From positions 1-21,490 of the forward strand of contig JAEOTS010000036.1 of the NCBI GenBank assembly GCA_016839745.1: DNA of 21,490 nt. Direction: 5' to 3'. This DNA comes from Promethearchaeota archaeon. GTDB taxonomy: Archaea > Asgardarchaeota > Lokiarchaeia > Sigyniarchaeales > SOKP01. This document shows, piece by piece, positions 18,895-21,490 of this stretch; positions within the stretch are counted from its first letter, which is position 1; each line of letters opens with the position of its first letter. A model generated the notes under the pieces. That model saw nothing but the letters and a program-made list of their open reading frames with translations, made no database searches and was not told where the DNA came from. Made by a program: the position numbers and the translations under genes.

Positions 18895-19066
18895 TAATAT
18901 CACCCTTGTTAAACAAAACCCTTATATTGATATAATACCTAACTATAGATTTTAATCTGCGTACTATCATCTATAAATTTCTTTAACTTAAGTAAAGAAA
19001 TTATAGGGAATCTAAGTAAAAACCTACTAAATTATAGGTGAAATTAAACACTTATACCTGTAATAA

Positions 19067-19453
19067 TCAGAGGTTTACGTAGATATTTCTTATATTTTCC
19101 ATTCTTTTTCGATTCACTCCCATGTCACTGTATCCAAGTCTTGCTCGCGAGCGAAAATGGATAACTTTGTCGCTATCATCAAAAAGAAACTCAACATCGT
19201 CCACAAATCTGAATGTAGCCGTTCTAAACTCGGCATGAATGTAATTTTCCTTATCAGTTATAATCTTTGATCTTTTTAGCGAATTTATGATTTTAACTAT
19301 CTTTTCTTTTGCTTCGCTTAAAGATCCTGAATATTGAATGGGATCGATCTTGTGTTGATTGTCTAAAGCTTGAGTAGAAACACAATTTGGTGTATTTGGA
19401 CAGGGGTAAAATTTACCGTCAACAATTCCAATTCGTTTTTTTGATTTTGCCAT
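19067..19453 (-). CDS. DUF1499 family protein
   Basis: CPNTPNCVST, FRFVDDVEF and RSRARLGYSDMGVNRKR motifs. Confidence 0.88.
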   Translation of the reverse strand: MAKSKKRIGIVDGKFYPCPNTPNCVSTQALDNQHKIDPIQYSGSLSEAKEKIVKIINSLKRSKIITDKENYIHAEFRTATFRFVDDVEFLFDDSDKVIHFRSRARLGYSDMGVNRKRMENIRNIYVNL

Positions 19454-19460
19454 AATACTT

Positions 19461-19466
19461 TCACCT
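19461..19466 (-). promoter_or_regulatory. Shine-Dalgarno AGGTGA for the DUF1499 gene
   Basis: AGGTGA on the minus strand, 7 nt before the ATG at 19453. Confidence 0.65.
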
Positions 19467-19474
19467 TTATGTTA

Positions 19475-20785
19475 TTATACACTAAGAATTTCTTTAATAA
19501 GCATATCTATTCTTTCCTTATCGAAAACTGCGGTATTACCTGTTTTATTAAATTGCAATATTTGATCGTGATAGTGCTCTTCAAATTGATTTAATAAGTA
19601 CCTTAACCTTTCTTTTAAGTTTTGATTTGCGGGTTTAGATAAAAATAATGCAATTTTAATAAATTGTCCATATGCGGCATGGACATAGAAACCTTTGTAG
19701 CTTATTTCATTCATTGAGGCAGAACCTCCTATTTCTGAAACAAAAGAATCCATCGCTGACAAAAATCCAGAAATAAGTTCTTTTTCCATTGATATGTCTT
19801 CGCTAGCGTATGATATTATATTTAAACCAGAATTTTTATCTATTATCATCAGGTTTCTGAAAGTTTTTTTGAATTTTGGTTTTATAGCTGCTGCATGGTC
19901 TTCTAAAATCAGCTCCTCCTTTGGAAAAAGCTCAAACATAGCAAAATTTTTAGGATTGTATGACTCACTTTCCTTGAAATGATATTTAGAAATTTTTACG
20001 ACATGTGAAGATGTTCTTATTGGTTCATGGGGTAGTTTTTTGATATATTCGTCTCTGATTGAAGTATCGTGGACTTTCGATTTTTTACCTTTTATTATTC
20101 CCAAGATTTTTTGATGTATTGGGTCTATTACGTACATCCAAGTGTTTAGATTTTCCATATCTCTTTTTAGCCTTTCATACCCTATCTTGCATACGCCTCG
20201 AGGAGTAGTTACAAAGACTGTCCAAATAGCGAGTTTGGAGGCTTCGTTAATCAGGTAAAATGTATTCTTATAATTTTCTTCTGTCATTTCTGCTCCTGTC
20301 TTTACAAAAACAGCTTCAGTTCTTAGGAATGGTTTTTTCTTGATTAAAAATAAATCTAAGGAATAATCCTTGATCTCCGCTGTGTTGTAAACTGATATCC
20401 CATAATCTGCGCAATAGTCAGCAAACGCATCAATTAGTTCTTGTTTAGATATAAAATCAAACCTTTTTAAATAGTCGCTTATTTTTTCGTCGGTGGTTAT
20501 GAAATCTCCTATATATGTAATAGGCGTTTTAAATTGTTTTTTAAGCGTTGGACTTTTTTGATACTGCTTGTAAAAATAAATGCTGATATGATCAAGAAGA
20601 TCCAATTTTGACAAATTTTCTCGTTCTGGTAATGGAATATTATGTCTGTTCATAAAATCATAAATTTCTTTGAATCTAGCTCTTACCATTAAACAATTTA
20701 GACATATAATCCCAAACTTACCCTCAACATCTTTCCTTATCGTCCTTAAAATTTCTTCTGCTTCAGTCAAATTTTCAGGAGTCAT
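19475..20785 (-). CDS. Multidomain protein: N-terminal CxxC helical region, central restriction-endonuclease-like (PD-(D/E)xK) fold, C-terminal longin/roadblock-like domain
   Basis: C-terminal residues 309-436 (RNLMIIDKNSGLNII...ELISGFLSAMDSFVSEIGG...EISYKGF...IALFL...LNQFEEHY) fit the Asgard longin-like pattern. The central ELIDAFADY..DYGISV...LDLFLIKK...AVFVKT...VFVT resembles a nuclease fold (weaker). Confidence 0.7.
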   Translation of the reverse strand: MTPENLTEAEEILRTIRKDVEGKFGIICLNCLMVRARFKEIYDFMNRHNIPLPERENLSKLDLLDHISIYFYKQYQKSPTLKKQFKTPITYIGDFITTDEKISDYLKRFDFISKQELIDAFADYCADYGISVYNTAEIKDYSLDLFLIKKKPFLRTEAVFVKTGAEMTEENYKNTFYLINEASKLAIWTVFVTTPRGVCKIGYERLKRDMENLNTWMYVIDPIHQKILGIIKGKKSKVHDTSIRDEYIKKLPHEPIRTSSHVVKISKYHFKESESYNPKNFAMFELFPKEELILEDHAAAIKPKFKKTFRNLMIIDKNSGLNIISYASEDISMEKELISGFLSAMDSFVSEIGGSASMNEISYKGFYVHAAYGQFIKIALFLSKPANQNLKERLRYLLNQFEEHYHDQILQFNKTGNTAVFDKERIDMLIKEILSV

Positions 20786-20848
20786 TATTGATATTATATT
20801 CCTTGAGTTTTAAAATACTTTTATAATAATTTAAAAAAATTACTTCAA

Positions 20849-21487
20849 TCAACTATCCTCTAACTTAAAGATTTTGTATGCGTCTCTCAATCTTAGTAGT
20901 GCTGTTAAGAATATTAATATTGCAAAAATCCATAATATGACAAACCGCCATGGAATTAAGAGTATTAGGACCAATAAAAAGAAAAATGTCTCGGAACGCT
21001 CCATGAGTCCGCCTTGATATACTATTACTTTTGATTTATTATCCAGTTCATCTCTTTTAATAATTCCTCCTACAATAAGGAACATAGATATACACAATAC
21101 AATAGCTGCTAAGGTAAACATACCTGGCCAAACAAGATTAGATGGATTGGTTGCTACTATAGCTATTATTATGGATACCTCAACTAAACGATCGCAAAAA
21201 ATATCTAATATCCCACCAAAAATCGTAGGTCCCTCAAATCGTGCTACAGACCCATCCAAAGTATCAATAAAAAATGAGATAATTGTAAAGATCAAGGATA
21301 ATGAGATAAAGGTTATCAATTGTTCCGTATAAATGCTGCTTAGATAAATGAATAACGAACTTACCAATCCAATAACTAATCCCATAATAGTAAGTTGATT
21401 AGCGGAAATTCTACTTAGCATTATTTTCCTTACAAACTTCTCGTATCCTTCCTTAAATTTAGTTTTAGAAAGCCATTTATCAATCAT
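20849..21487 (-). CDS. CDP-alcohol phosphatidyltransferase family protein
   Basis: ISANQLT, DTLDGSVAR...GGILDIFCDR (DxxDGxxAR...GxxxDxxxD) and GLMERSET. The start is 3 nt from the window edge and could extend beyond it. Confidence 0.9.
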   Translation of the reverse strand: MIDKWLSKTKFKEGYEKFVRKIMLSRISANQLTIMGLVIGLVSSLFIYLSSIYTEQLITFISLSLIFTIISFFIDTLDGSVARFEGPTIFGGILDIFCDRLVEVSIIIAIVATNPSNLVWPGMFTLAAIVLCISMFLIVGGIIKRDELDNKSKVIVYQGGLMERSETFFFLLVLILLIPWRFVILWIFAILIFLTALLRLRDAYKIFKLEDS

Positions 21488-21490
21488 ATC

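Noticed and set aside
7026-20851. Selenocysteine readthrough at the TGA stops (7026, 19067, 20849)
   Set aside because: Each protein already appears complete at the TGA, and none of these stops falls at a catalytic Cys position.
11293-21332. Short ORFs 11293..11544, 12403..12618, 16185..16418, 17929..18183, 19794..19982 and 21147..21332
   Set aside because: Shadow ORFs overlapping better-supported genes or a promoter region, with non-ATG starts and no motifs.
1-21490. CRISPR arrays, tRNA/rRNA genes, IS elements or integrases
   Set aside because: Intergenic gaps are all about 210 nt or less and AT-rich. By eye there are no spaced repeats, GC-rich structured tracts, or transposase/integrase motifs; a covariance-model scan was not possible.

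Overview
AT-rich, gene-dense prokaryotic window with 18 intact or edge-truncated CDSs and one gene remnant. I saw no RNA genes, CRISPR arrays or mobile elements. It is most consistent with an Asgard archaeon (Lokiarchaeia-like): there is a C-terminal longin/roadblock-like domain at 19475-19861, an H4MPT-dependent Fae domain, and GGTGA-type Shine-Dalgarno motifs. That assignment is inference, not a database result. Left to right: two tandem paralogous membrane-anchored proteins, a 5'-truncated CrtI-like remnant, a CrtI-like FAD oxidoreductase fused to a GltD/DPD-type Fe-S module, a membrane protein, a GT87 glycosyltransferase, an amidohydrolase, a proline iminopeptidase, a small TRASH-like zinc finger, a UDP-glucose dehydrogenase, a two-gene operon, a membrane protein, Bcp peroxiredoxin, YyaL/SPATA20, a SagB-type nitroreductase, a CxxC protein, DUF1499, a nuclease-fold/longin fusion and a CDP-alcohol phosphatidyltransferase. 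The most interesting element is the 11435-14232 operon. It pairs an uncharacterised probable TIM-barrel enzyme with a DapA-family pyruvate aldolase that lacks the DHDPS-specific Arg and is fused to a complete formaldehyde-activating enzyme (Fae). This suggests an undescribed aldolase route linking a C4 keto-acid (pyruvate + formaldehyde) to the H4MPT C1 pool.
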